This document shows, piece after piece, positions 1 through 9,350 of a DNA stretch of 64,000 nt. Position 1 is the first letter of the stretch, and each line of letters starts with the position of its first letter. Both the position numbers and the translations under genes were made by a program. The DNA lies in assembly GCA_963733195.1 (NCBI GenBank), contig CAVTCR010000033.1, positions 1 through 64,000 of the forward strand, read 5' to 3'. The notes beneath the pieces were generated by a model. It was not told the origin of the DNA, did not search any database, and saw only the letters and a list, made by a program, of their open reading frames with translations. This DNA is from an uncultured delta proteobacterium. GTDB lineage: Bacteria; Desulfobacterota; Binatia; Bin18.

Positions 1-592
1 CAACGCCGAGGAAGGCGCGCTCATTCGCTGCCATTGTCTGGCCCATGGGCGGCGCAAGTTCAGTGAATTGGATGAGGCCTTTCCCGCGGAGAGTACCGTG
101 GTAGTCAACACCCTCAAGGACGTGTTCGACCATGAGAGTAACCCGCGTCGAACAAATGACGGCGCCGGAACGCTTAGCCTATCACCAGCGGAACAGTGGG
201 CCGATCATGAAACAGCTCAAGCGGTGGCTCGACGGCAAACGACGAACGGCTCGTGGAGCCCAATAGTAGTTTGGCAAAGCGATCGCTTACATGGTGGAAC
301 ATTGGGAAGCCCTCACGCGGTTTTTGCACAAGCGGACGCGCCTATTGATAACAACCTTGCCGAGCGCGCATTAAAACTGGCCATTCGCCAGCGCAAGAAC
401 TCCTTGTTCTATGCCACCGAGCATAGTGCGTACATCGCCAGTATCCTCACCAGTGTGATTGCCACCTGTGGGCAGGCGGGGTCAACGCCTTGGACTATCT
501 GGTGGCGGTGCAGGAACACCGCCAGGAGGTGTTTGCCAATCCCAGTGCCTGGTTACCGTGGAGTTACCAGGCGGCCCTCGTGCCCGTCGTAA
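1..592 (+). CDS. tnpC: IS66 transposase TnpC, C-terminal part (frameshifted)
   Basis: Motif APIDNNLAERALKLAIRQRKNSLFY...ASILTSVIATC typical of the IS66 DDE transposase C-terminus. Confidence 0.85.
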   Translation, partial: NAEEGALIRCHCLAHGRRKFSELDEAFPAESTVVVNTLKDVFDHESNPRRTNDGAGTLSLSPAEQWADHETAQAVARRQTTNGSWSPIVVWQSDRLHGGTLGSPHAVFAQADAPIDNNLAERALKLAIRQRKNSLFYATEHSAYIASILTSVIATCGQAGSTPWTIWWRCRNTARRCLPIPVPGYRGVTRRPSCPS

Positions 593-939
593 CGCACGGG
601 CCGCCAGTCGGGGGCGAGTTGTGCGCGGTCGGGATGGCCGTTGCCTAAGAGGACGGTTAGCTCCCAGGCCGAGAGCGTCACACTCGGTGTGGTGGCGGTC
701 GGCCACCAGGAAAAATGCCCGTGGGACAGACGTTTCGTGCACAGCCAAAAGCCCTGGCCATCGTACGCCAAGAGTTTCAGCGTCGTGCCCGTGCGGTTGC
801 GAAACACATAGACCGTGCCGCCCAAGGGATTCTCGTGTAGGGGCTGGCGACAGAGCGCGGCGAGCCCATCGATGCCTTTCCGGAAGTCGACGGGCTGCAC
901 GGCCAGAAAGATGCGACTCTGGGGCGTAAGTTGGAGCAT
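553..939 (-). CDS. tnpB: IS66 accessory protein TnpB (Orf2)
   Basis: PVDFRKGIDGLAALC...VFRNR...LKLLAYDGQGFWLCTKRLSHGHFSWWP signature. Confidence 0.92.
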   Translation of the reverse strand: MLQLTPQSRIFLAVQPVDFRKGIDGLAALCRQPLHENPLGGTVYVFRNRTGTTLKLLAYDGQGFWLCTKRLSHGHFSWWPTATTPSVTLSAWELTVLLGNGHPDRAQLAPDWRPVRYDGHEGRLVTPR

Positions 940-1340
940 TAGTGGGAGTCCAGGAAGGTTTGCAGCAAGGGGACGAGCACGGGAGCGGCATCACTGTACA
1001 TGATACGTAAGCGTACCCCATCGGAGCGCTGGATCTCTACTTCCGTCGCAGGCGTCCGCCAAGCTGCCGCGACTTCGACAAAGTGCGGAACCTGGGCAGG
1101 CGGAAGGGGCGCGGCCTGCCATTCAAGGCCGCGCGCCGCTTCTTGAGCGCATGGGGCGTCAGTCCCAGTTGGTGGGCGACCCGCGTCACCGACAAGGTGG
1201 CCGTGAGCGCAACCGCCTGCGCCCATAACTCCTGCGGAATGCGTCCACGCGGGGTACGCCGGCTTTGCCGCCACTGCGCAAAGTGGTGGGTTAAGTGCGT
1301 CAGGGCCTCTTCGCGCCTGGGCCGGTGATAACGGCTGCAT
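939..1340 (-). CDS. tnpA: IS66 TnpA-like HTH protein (frameshifted)
   Basis: Split frames give ..FAQWRQSRRTPRGRIPQELWAQAVAL..VAHQLGL.. and FVEV..EVEIQRSDGVRLRI; homologous to 32907-33308. Confidence 0.75.
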   Translation of the reverse strand: MQPLSPAQARRGPDALNPPLCAVAAKPAYPAWTHSAGVMGAGGCAHGHLVGDAGRPPTGTDAPCAQEAARGLEWQAAPLPPAQVPHFVEVAAAWRTPATEVEIQRSDGVRLRIMYSDAAPVLVPLLQTFLDSH

Positions 1341-1549
1341 ACTAACTCTCCCGTGAAGAACTTGCGGGAGCGACTATAGATGCCCGCGCGCTCCTCTGTC
1401 ACGCAGCTTCGCCGGACGATGCTCGGTCCCCCGTCGCAACGAAGGACGAAAACGCACGGAGAGAAACCGCTGTCACTCGAGTGTAGGCAGTACGATACGG
1501 TTGAGGGACCTTCAGTAAGGGAGGTCAAGCGTGCCTGCCGGAAAGACAC

Positions 1550-1662
1550 AGAGCAACTAATTTTTTGTCGAAGCATTCCTTACACAGCTCAGCATTTTGC
1601 CAACGTAAGAATGAGATTTCATAGCTTTTCCCACACCCTTTGCAGGTGACTGGAGATTTCAT
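1550..1662 (-). pseudogene. First cassette ORF of integron A, 5' part (CxxC...CxxC small protein), interrupted by IS66
   Basis: GGAG RBS + ATG at 1662 about 20 bp after the reconstructed GTTAGGC site; MKSPVTCKGCGKSYEISFLRWQNAELCKECFDKKLVA runs into the IS66 IR. Confidence 0.55.
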
Positions 1663-1710
1663 TTGTTTACTCCCACCATAGCCTGCTATGAAAATGCCCC
1701 GGCAATCGTC

Positions 1711-2957
1711 CTACGCGGCTTGTCCGACTTCTTCAAGTGTGACCTTCACTCCGAGTGCTTCCAGCTGCTTCACTAAGCGTTGCCGTTGCTACTCGACCTG
1801 GTGCTGCGTCACGTACGCACTGCCTAAGTCTGTGTAGCCCACGCGTCGACGGAGCAGATGATAGACCACCCGTAACATACCATGCGCCACCGCGACAAGC
1901 GCTTTCTTCTTGCCCATCCGTTTCACCAGTCGATAATACTTGGCGGCCAGAAACGTCCCCTTCGCCCGCGTCGCGGCCCACGCCGCTTCAACCAGGGCGG
2001 TGCGCGATTACATGCGCTCCTTCTCGTCATATTTTTGCAACCGCTTGCGCTTGCCCGCCGACTCATGGTTGCCTGGACACAGTCCCGCCCAACTCGCCAG
2101 ATGTTCGGCGGAGGGAAACCGCGCCATATCGACCCCAATCTCAGAGACAATCGTGTGCGCGACGTGTTCGCCGATCCCCGGCATACTATCGAGCAACCCC
2201 ACGGCCTCCTGCACGAAAGGGTCGGGGCAGTGCTTAGCGACTTTCCTCCCCAATCCGGATCTCTACGCGTTGTATGGCAGCATGGATTCCCGCGACCCCG
2301 CGCGAGTAATTCGCCCAGCACCCAACGTTGGACTTGCGTCAACCGCCCGACTGACGCGTGGCGGAGGGCGTCCTTTTTGTTCTTCAGTTTCCCTTGGGCC
2401 AGCTCGGCCAACCTCCGCGCATCCTGCTCGCCTTCTGCTAACGCCTGCAGCATCAATCGCCCGCTCAGTCCCGACACGTCGCTGGCCACTTGCCCCAACT
2501 TGATGTTCCCACTCTCCAGGAGTTTCTGGAGCCGATTGGCGACGGCGGTGTGTTCACGCAGCAGTGTCTGCCGGTACCGCGTTAACTCGCGCAACTCCCG
2601 ACTCTCGCGCGGCGGAATAAAACTGGCCCGCAATAATCCATGCCGCAACAAATCCACCAACCACTCGCGCGCGCACGTCCGTTTTGCGCCCCGGCACTGC
2701 TTTGATATGTCGCGCGTTGACCAGGATCACTTCGAGTGTTCCCTCCAAATGTTGAACACCGGCTTCCAGTACAGCCCCGTACTTTCGATCGCGACATGCG
2801 TACAGCCCTCGCTGGTTAACCAATCGCCGAGGTGGAGCAACTCCTCCGTCATCGTCGCGAAGGTGCGAATCTCCTTTCGCCCTTTCTTGATCACACACGC
2901 CACGACTGTCTTGGCATGGACGTCTAGCCCACAACAGCATTCGTAGACGACTTCCAT
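1711..2957 (-). CDS. IS110 family transposase (multiple frameshifts)
   Basis: MEVVYECCCGLDVHAKTVVAC, AIESTGLYWKP, LLDSMPGIG..AHTIVSEIG.DMARFPSAEHLASWAGLCPGNHESAGK; C-terminus VTLEEVGQAA* at 1711. Confidence 0.92.
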
Positions 2958-3195
2958 CTTGGGCTCCTTTCGCCTTGGCGGGGAGAACCTCAGGCAAGAA
3001 AGAGTCTGCTATCCGTGCTGCCCCGTGACGGGCACAACAATGCGTGGTGCCTCAGGAGGCTCTCGGGTCCGGCTAACTTACGGGCTAGGTGGACGAAGGC
3101 TCTCGACCTCATCCGCACCAAAGACGGCGACTACTCTATCGCTCGCAGGCCTTCTTTTCATCCTGCGTGGTGTCGCCACGCAACATGTTTCGGCT
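2958..3195 (-). ncRNA. Putative IS110 bridge RNA region
   Basis: Non-coding region upstream of the transposase with hairpins and short matches to target (AGTTAG at 3073-3078, AGCCT at 3057-3061) and donor end (ATAGCAG at 3006-3012). Confidence 0.65.
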
Positions 3196-3200
3196 AACTA

Positions 3201-4805
3201 GAGCGAGTCGCAGAACTCAGAAAAGGATCAAGCTCGCCTTTTGCCTCTTGCTGGGTCCTTGTTTCCAACCCTCGCTTGCTCTCCGTCGCCCTAGACAACT
3301 GCGGTTGTCATCGTCCTGTCTTTCTCTACGATGTCTCTCATCAGATTGACCAAATTCATACAGACCATCGCACGCTGCCCGGCTGCTCGCGGGCTCTCGT
3401 TGCTGCGCTGTCTGCCCCCTCTGAATTCGTATTTGCTGCTCTTGAGGGTCCCGATGCTCCCCTCGGTCTGCCCGCGTTGGCTGCCAACCTCTTTCTGGTC
3501 TTCCTCGGCAACCGACCAGGGGGCTTTGCCGGCGGGCTGGATGCCGACCTTCTTGACCCCAGCCTTTTGCAGCTTCTCCACGGTCTGCGCGCAACTCCCG
3601 CCGCGGTCGTCGACTGCCATCTCCGGGCTGGCCTGCTCCCCAAACACCTCTCGATAATTCTGCAAGGCTGCGAGCGGCATCTTTCTCTCGTCGACACGCG
3701 CGTCCACGACTTTGCCAAAAATATACCCCCCGGGATCCGGTTGAGCAACCACTTCAGCCCGAACGCCACTTTCTTTCCTGCACTCTTCTTCACTATGGAC
3801 CGGGCTTGGGTGATCCCGGGGTGCAAGATCTTGTGGCGGGCGACTTTGCCAGTCTTCATCCACTGCTCGATCTGCGGGATTAACACCCCACTGACTTCTC
3901 CCATCTGCTGCAACTTTGCTACCGCTGCGTGGGCCACCTTGGTGCTTGCCACCCCAACTTGTTTGATCACCTGTCGGCTGCTGGTGATGAGTTGCTTGCT
4001 GTGACTGAGGATCTTCTTCAGCGCCTGATCTTTTGCGTGCTTGGTCTTGGCAAACAAATGGTAGTCTTTGACCCGGCCGAAAACCTCCTTGGCTTTCTCG
4101 ATGGCGGCTTGAGCGTGTTGGTAGCCGCGGTTTTTCAACTTCACGGCCGCTCGGTAAACCCGTTGGGCAATACCGCGCAGGATGCCGGCCTCATGCGGGT
4201 AGCCGATCTGTGGCTCCTGTACCGTGGTGTCGGCGGACAAGAGCTGGGGCTTGCCAAACCCTAACCGCACGGCTTCGGTCACTACCAGATGATTGATCTG
4301 TTGCCAGCCCGCCGTGCCTAAGGCAGCTTGTGCGCGGGCGATATTCGAATGATCGCGCAGATGCGGCAGCGGATTTCTGTAAGGTCCAAAAACACGCGCG
4401 CCACCACGTTCTCTGCGCTGTATTCTTCCATCTGCCGCGCCGAGAGGGCTTTGACCGCCATCAAGACCAACAAGGGGACATACAAAGCGACCCGCCAGGG
4501 CAGGCCGGGTATGCCGTCCACGTTTTTTCCTACCGCCGCCGTGACGGACCATCACCGCTTGAAGGGCCGGCCAATCGAGCGCGCGCTTGAGCTGCAGCAA
4601 CGGATGGGTGTCCGCGACAAAAAGCGAGACCAAATGAGGGGGCAACTCTGGCACGGCCCTGGGTTCGGGCGTACAATGCGCAGCGGTGCTCATGGTATGC
4701 TCCTGGAGTATGGATTTGATTGATCACATCCAAGTTCATACCTGTAGCACAGGAGCTATTCAACCTCAGAGCTGGTTGTATAGCTCCTCATTCTGCGACT
4801 CGCTC
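3201..4805 (-). mobile_element. IS5-like insertion sequence
   Basis: Perfect 15-bp terminal IR GAGCGAGTCGCAGAA (3201-3215 / 4791-4805); 6-bp TSD TAACTA (3195-3200, 4806-4811). Confidence 0.88.
3291..4693 (-). CDS. DDE transposase, IS5-like (frameshifted)
   Basis: HPLLQLKRALDW, RDHSNIAR, SADTTVQE, KKVAFGLKW, AVDDRG, RGQTEGSIGTLK motifs across frames. Confidence 0.8.
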
Positions 4806-4945
4806 TAACTAGTGATGGGCCGCGTATAGAGGATCTACCAATAGATGGAACTCACTATTAGTAGAAACTTCTTTGTATTTGTATAGAGGCCCGGCTTTAT
4901 ACATATAGAATGGGTCTCCCATCTACAGCTTTATACATATAGAAA
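4805..4945 (-). other. Putative attI site of integron A with direct-repeat array
   Basis: CTAACTAGTG core identical to 19764-19773; GCTTTATACATATAGAA x2 (4894-4910, 4928-4944); GTATAGAGG x2 (4824, 4881). Confidence 0.65.
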
Positions 4946-4975
4946 CTCGCTCCCTGTGACATCCATCGACCATCG

Positions 4976-5335
4976 CTAGCAACCGGCCGCTGCCACAATC
5001 CGTTTGCGCAACCCCAAGGCAATCACACGGTCATAGCGTAGTTTCCACACGCCGCGCCGGGCGTCCCACTGTCCACCAGCACTTTTCACCTGCTGGCGGA
5101 TCGTTGCCTCTGGAACTGCGACTCGCACCGCGACAATCTGGTCCGGGGCAGGTTGCGGAGTGGGAGGTGTCCATTGCCCTTCGGCAACCACTAATTCCAC
5201 TGTCTTGTACCGTTTCTGATTTTGGGCGTCGTACCGGTACCGTACACAGACCAAACGATTGCCGTACTCTGCTCGCAACCCCTTAGCACCGTCTTGGTCT
5301 GGATGCAATGTTAATCGGATGCGGGTGTTGTGCAT
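4976..5335 (-). CDS. Small basic hypothetical protein (YGxRLVCVRYRYD motif) directly downstream of intI
   Basis: 119-aa ORF with RBS (AAGGG), 36 bp after the intI stop, co-oriented. Confidence 0.75.
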   Translation of the reverse strand: MHNTRIRLTLHPDQDGAKGLRAEYGNRLVCVRYRYDAQNQKRYKTVELVVAEGQWTPPTPQPAPDQIVAVRVAVPEATIRQQVKSAGGQWDARRGVWKLRYDRVIALGLRKRIVAAAGC

Positions 5336-5559
5336 GGGTCTTTTCCCTTCTTGGGGCGTAGAAACGCGCGCTTATAGGCCATCGGCGGGACTCTGGACAC
5401 CTTGGCCGCCGCGATTGAGGACATGGGTGTAGATCATCGTCGTGCTGACATCGCGATGGCCAAGCAATTCTTGAATCGTGCGAATGTCATACCCGGCTTC
5501 CAATAAATGCGTGGCAAAGGAATGGCGGTACTCATCAGCATACTGCCCATGAAGGGGCG

Positions 5560-5937
5560 ACGGTCACCATTCATTATCATCACCATCCGTTTTATGGAGA
5601 ACACGGCACGTTCATTCGCCGGTTACGACGGTACACGAGCGATCAAGTCGTCATTGAGCTCCGTGATGAAGTGCAGGTAGCACTCCCAAGCTGGATGTTA
5701 GATCCGGTGGCATGCCAACACCTCAGTGATGAACCCCAGCCTCGTCTGGCCATTGCCGCCTTACTGGAATTGCGTCACCTCCTCGATAGTCAGCCCTTGC
5801 TTACAAGTCGCGTGGTCGCTAGCCGAAAGCGAACCGCTCAACAGACAGGAGAGGACCATGCGCGATCGCAGTCATCTACAAGTGCACCAACGCCCCTTAC
5901 CATTCAGCCGTCCAGACCTATGGGAGCAGATACCTGA
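5560..5937 (+). CDS. Small LSR-associated protein (DUF5372/Y4bD-like), start uncertain
   Basis: [13 protein letters not shown]...[12 protein letters not shown]...LLELRHLLD, typical of ORFs upstream of this LSR group. Confidence 0.55.
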   Translation, partial: TVTIHYHHHPFYGEHGTFIRRLRRYTSDQVVIELRDEVQVALPSWMLDPVACQHLSDEPQPRLAIAALLELRHLLDSQPLLTSRVVASRKRTAQQTGEDHARSQSSTSAPTPLTIQPSRPMGADT

Positions 5938-6037
5938 GACCATTCGCCAACAGTGTCAGGATCTGTGCGTACAATTGTTACAAACTGTTCTTGAGAGTGA
6001 AGAACTCTCTCGGAGGGAATATGAACGAGAAGATTAA
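5858..6037 (+). CDS. Small hypothetical protein overlapping LSR start
   Basis: RBS GAGG + ATG 5858; MRDRSHLQ...[16 protein letters not shown]. Confidence 0.45.
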   Translation: MRDRSHLQVHQRPLPFSRPDLWEQIPETIRQQCQDLCVQLLQTVLESEELSRREYERED

Positions 6038-8104
6038 GCCTGAACATCTCACCCGCGCAGCCTATGTCTATGTCCGGCAATCCAGTGTGCACCAAGTCCG
6101 TCATCATCGTGAGAGTTTGCTGCGGCAGTATGCCTTAGCGGAACGTGCCACAGCAGCTGGGCTTTGCGAAAGTGGTGGTGATCGACGACGATTTAGGGGT
6201 GACGGGAGCCGGGACCCAAGAGCGGCACGGGTTTGGCCGCCTGTTGACGGCGGTGTGTCAAAAAGCAGCGGGGGCAGTCGTCGCGTTAGAGGCGTCTCGC
6301 CTCGCGCGCAACAACCGCGACTGGTATCATCTGATCGATCTGTGTGCGATGACCGAGACCTTGTTGATTGATGATGACGGGATTTACGATCCGCGACTGA
6401 TCAACGATCGGCTCGTGTTAGGCGTGAAAGGCACAATGAGTGAGTTTGAATTAAGTCTGTTGCGGCAACGGGCCCGCGAAGCCTTCGAACAGAAAGTGAG
6501 ACGTGGCTGTGTCCTCTGGCAAGTGCCTATCGGGTTCGTGCGCACGGACGAGGATCAGATTGAGAAAGTGCCAGACCGCCAAGTGCAGCAGGCCGTGCAG
6601 TTGGTGTTCCAGAAGTTTCGGGAGTTAGGGAGTGCCCGCCAGACCATGTTGTGGTTACGCGATGCCCAGATTCGTGTCCCGGCGATTGTGCCCAGCACAG
6701 GCGGTGAGGAGATCGTGTGGCAGTTGCCTGGTGAGAGTCGTATTCACCAAATGTTACGCAATCCCATGTATGCCGGTGCCCTCGCCTATGGCCGCACGAA
6801 GTTCCAGCGCACCCTGATTGACGGACGGCTGCAGCAGACCACCCGCAGCCGCAAAGCGCGGGAGGACTGGTCGGTCTTGCTGCGGGACCATCACGACGGC
6901 TACATCTCCTGGGAGGAGTATTGTAAGAATCAACAAATCCTGGAGGCGAATCTGGCAAGACGAGAGGCGAAAAATACGGGGGCGGCGAAAAGTGGGCCAG
7001 CGTTGCTCTCCGGATTGTTACGCTGCGGGCGGTGTGGCCGGATGCTGTTTGTCGCGTATGGTGGGAATGGAGGCCGCGTCCCACGCTATGGGTGTCACGG
7101 GGGACGCGTGGATCGCGGTTCGGCGGCGTGTTTATCGGTCGGGTAGCCTGCGCGTCGACCAAGCCGTCGTGGAGCAAGTCTTAGCGGCGATTCAACCAGC
7201 TGGGATTCATGCCGCCTTGGCGGCAGAGGCGGAAGTCGGCCGTGAGCAAGAGCAGATTCGCCAGACCCTGACCTTAGCGGTGGAGCGCGCGCGCTACGAA
7301 GCGCAGCGGGCGCAGCGACAGTTTGATGCCGTCGATCCCGACAATCGACTCGTCGCGAGTGAATTGGAAGCGCGGTGGAACCAGGCCTTGGTGAAGGTGG
7401 CGGAAGTCGAGACGCGGTTACACGCTCTCGCTCCTCCTCAACCGCTGAGTCCGACCCAAAAAGAACAGTTATTAATGTTGGGCAATGATCTCTCGTTATT
7501 GTGGCAGCATCCGGCCGCACCGGTGGAACTCAAAAAACGGATTCTGCGCACCGTGCTCGAAGAAATCGTGATCGACCGCGTTGAAGAGCCCGCGCAGGAA
7601 CTCTTGCACCTCCATTGGAAAGGTGGGGTGCACACGGAATTACGCGTGGCACGCAATGGCACCGGCCATCATCGTCGCGTTGCTGACGACAAAGCCATCG
7701 AACTGATCGAAGAGTTGTCCAAAATCTGTACGGCCCAGATGATTGCTCAAGTGCTCAATCGCTTGGGCTATCGAACAGGACAGGGACAGACGTGGCGTGT
7801 CCATCATATATATAATGTCCGGTATGAACGGCGACTGCCCAGTTATCAGAAAAAAGGTGAGTGGTTGACGTTGCAAGAGACCGCCACCGAACTCCAGGTC
7901 AGTGGTACCGTCATTAAACGTCTGCTGAAGGAGGGGATTTTACCTGCCCGCCAAGTCGTTCCGGGTGCGCCCTGGGTCATCGAACGCAAGAATCTCCAGT
8001 TACCCGTGGTCCAAGCGCAGATTCAGGCCGTGCATGCGGGCCGCAAACCGCCACAAATTACCGACAGACAAGCCGAACTTCCGCTACAATACAGCATTCT
8101 CTGA
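6021..8104 (+). CDS. Large serine recombinase (resolvase + recombinase + Zn-ribbon), frameshifted ~6150 and ~7140
   Basis: AYVYVRQSS, IDDDLG, EASRLARN, LLSGLLRCGRCG, VDPDNRLVASELEARWN. Confidence 0.92.
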
Positions 8105-9090
8105 AAGGAGTAGTACTATGTTGAAACGGTCCGCAAGATGTGACGGATTGGCGGGCTTGGTGAGTCCAACTCTTCCGAGCGGCTTCCTGCAGGCGCGTTG
8201 CGGCACGGACTCATGCAGATGATGCCGACGCTGATTCCCGGAGCGTGGATCAACGCTGAGATTGCGAGGCCGGAAACACCCACTGCCAGCCCCATTCTGT
8301 GTCGGCGTTGCGATACTTCCGGTCCAACGCATCTGGGAATGACACGCGACCGAATCCCACTGAAGATCACGTTGGTGAAGCTCGCGTACCCGTACGAGAT
8401 GTGCGGTCAGCGCTGGCTTTGACAACGAGCCGGGAGCATGGTGATGCGATCTTTGTGGCCTTTGCCTTCACGTACAACAATCTGATTGGCGGTGAAGTCA
8501 ACATCTTTGACGCGTAGTCGCAGGCATTCCATCAGACGCAGTCCGGCGCCGTACAGCAGATTGGCGATGAGCCAGAGCACGCCGTCCACCGCACCGAGCA
8601 AGCTTTGCACTTCCTGCTCTGGTGAGCACGGTCGGAAGACGTTGTGGGCGTTTGGCGCGGACGATGATTGTCTAGCCAGCCAGGATTGAGATCAAGCACG
8701 TGCCGGTACAAGAAGACGAGCGCATTGAGCGCCTGGTTTTGCGTGGCCGCGCTGACGTGCTTGTCCATGGCAAGATGTGGTGAGAAACTGCTCGATTTCT
8801 TCCTCGCCCATCTCACGCGGGTGGCGTTTGTTGATGGAAGAAGATAAAGCGTTTGATCCAGTGGATGTAGTGTCTTCCGTTCGCAGACTGTAATGCCGCA
8901 TGCGAATCGCCTCGCGGACTTGGTCGAGTAGTTTCGGTTTCTGCGCTGCGGAAAGAAATCTGGTCTGTGGGCCAGGGAAGGTGGAGGCTGGGGATACATC
9001 CGCGCGGGAACGCGCTGGATGTGACCCCGAGGGTATTCCCGTTGAAGGGCTGGTGCCAGTGATGTCATGAGTGCCCCCTTTTTTGTTGAT

Positions 9091-9123
9091 GGCGAATATA
9101 AAGCGAAAATAAAATTTCGTCAA
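9091..9123 (-). promoter_or_regulatory. intI-A promoter with TTCGC-N6-TTCGC repeat
   Basis: TTGACG-N17-TATATT; 17-bp block identical to 21115-21131. Confidence 0.7.
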
Positions 9124-9265
9124 GAGAAGTTCTGTCGCAGGTGATTGTTTCCCCTCACTTAATGCCTATCCGAATAACGGCTGCCACAGTGTTATGCGAA
9201 ACATCTCTTCTTCACGTTCAAAGCGGGATTCTTCGCTGCGCTGCTCAGGAACACATGGATACGAT

Positions 9266-9286
9266 GGCGGGCGCAGCCCGCCCTAC
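9266..9286 (-). repeat. GTAG-type REP-like palindrome
   Basis: GTAG-GGCGGGC-TGC-GCCCGCC; similar units at 22993 and 52424. Confidence 0.6.
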
Positions 9287-9350
9287 GGTGCTCAGCTTCT
9301 TGCCTCAGGGCGCGGTTACCTCACTGAGGACAACTTGCTATGAATACCGC

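Larger units (their letters stand above)
1..1549. mobile_element. IS66-family element copy 1 (left end outside window), tnpC convergent with tnpA-tnpB
   Basis: TnpC C-terminus (+) and TnpB/TnpA (-). The right end ...GCCTGCCGGAAAGACAC (to 1549) resembles the IRs of the second copy at 29578/33398. Confidence 0.85.
1683..3195 (-). mobile_element. IS110-family element (bridge recombinase) inserted in integron attI core
   Basis: DEDD transposase plus ~240-bp 5' non-coding region. Ends ...TTTTCATAGCAG; AG core at both junctions; removal restores GTTAG|GC. Confidence 0.85.
5528..8131 (+). mobile_element. IS-like large serine recombinase element inserted into intI
   Basis: Removing it with a CG overlap restores the intI HILRHSF codons; it carries an LSR and two small upstream ORFs. 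Confidence 0.85.
5372..9068 (-). pseudogene. intI: Integron integrase A, split by a serine-recombinase element (fragments 8132-9068 and 5372-5527)
   Basis: [57 protein letters not shown], integron patch (..RRHHLHES), [41 protein letters not shown]. Confidence 0.92.

Noticed and set aside
4824-4944. Repeats here and at 19797-19981 as mini-CRISPR or replication iterons
   Set aside because: Too short and irregular, no cas or rep gene; position next to intI and GTTRRRY fits attI better.
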